From contig CAJGDN010000002.1 of assembly GCA_904502245.1 (NCBI GenBank), positions 1-35,899 on the forward strand: DNA of 35,899 nt, given 5' to 3'. This document shows, one piece after another, positions 35,745-35,899 of the stretch. A program made the position numbers and the translations under genes. This DNA is from an uncultured Alphaproteobacteria bacterium (GTDB lineage: Bacteria > Pseudomonadota > Alphaproteobacteria > Rs-D84). The notes beneath the pieces are model-generated. The model was given only the letters and a program-made list of their open reading frames with translations, made no database searches and had not been told where the DNA came from. The stretch's first letter is position 1, and each line of letters begins with the position of its first letter.

Positions 35745-35899
35745 TAACGCGTACGTTGTAATTTTCTAAATGGGCAAGATGCGCCAAAAATATACCTGTA
35801 ATCTGCACCACCCAGTGCGCGCGGGCAATTTTTATCTGTACATCCCTGTGATTTACACGAATTAAATTTACAACTGAATTTACGAACAGGTTCTGTCCA
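35744..35899 (-). CDS. 3' end of a gene running off the window (Cys-rich C-terminus)
   Basis: My reverse-strand translation is open from the window edge: WTEPVRKFSCKFNSCKSQGCTDKNCPRALGGADYRYIFGASCPFRKLQRTR, then stop. Identity unknown. Confidence 0.3.
   Translation of the reverse strand, partial: WTEPVRKFSCKFNSCKSQGCTDKNCPRALGGADYRYIFGASCPFRKLQRTR

Noticed and set aside
1-35899. CRISPR arrays, IS elements/transposases, prophage structural genes, rRNA operons
   Set aside because: I scanned for regularly spaced direct repeats, terminal inverted repeats and characteristic proteins. The only direct repeat found is the in-frame 57 nt-period repeat at 31965-32053. The recurring CCGCC/GGCGG hairpins are individually different intrinsic terminators, not a repeat family with conserved spacing.

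Overview
AT-rich bacterial chromosome segment. The gene content looks alphaproteobacterial and endosymbiont-like (Rickettsiales/Holosporales style). That is inferred from an alpha-type MerR protein (HTLRYWEKQFP) and a SuhB-like RDFGEVENLQ motif, not from any search. The backbone is housekeeping: rpmH, gyrA, comF, a reduced cell-wall/division block (PBP1A-mraY-ftsW-murG), rpmE, dnaQ, uvrD and tRNA-Glu(CUC). Nearly every transcription unit ends in an A-tract/GC-hairpin/T-tract bidirectional terminator. Several accessory blocks sit in this backbone. (1) 20.6-27.2 kb holds five paralogous 400-500 aa polytopic membrane proteins, one divergent and four translationally coupled. Their motifs resemble TrbL/VirB6, but no other type IV secretion gene is in the window. 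This is the best candidate for an undescribed or atypical system. (2) A Pmp-repeat autotransporter lies next to two overlapping paralogous APH/choline-kinase-fold genes and a DUF3419/BtaA-like gene. (3) A 721 aa exported protein has an Arg/Ser/Thr/Ala-rich repeat region and 24 cysteines. It is followed by a small islet of unknown genes at 32.6-35 kb. (4) A SuhB/IMPase homologue has lost all canonical metal-binding residues. (5) Two small two-TM paralogues carry 5' poly-A tracts. I saw no CRISPR array, transposase, integrase or rRNA.
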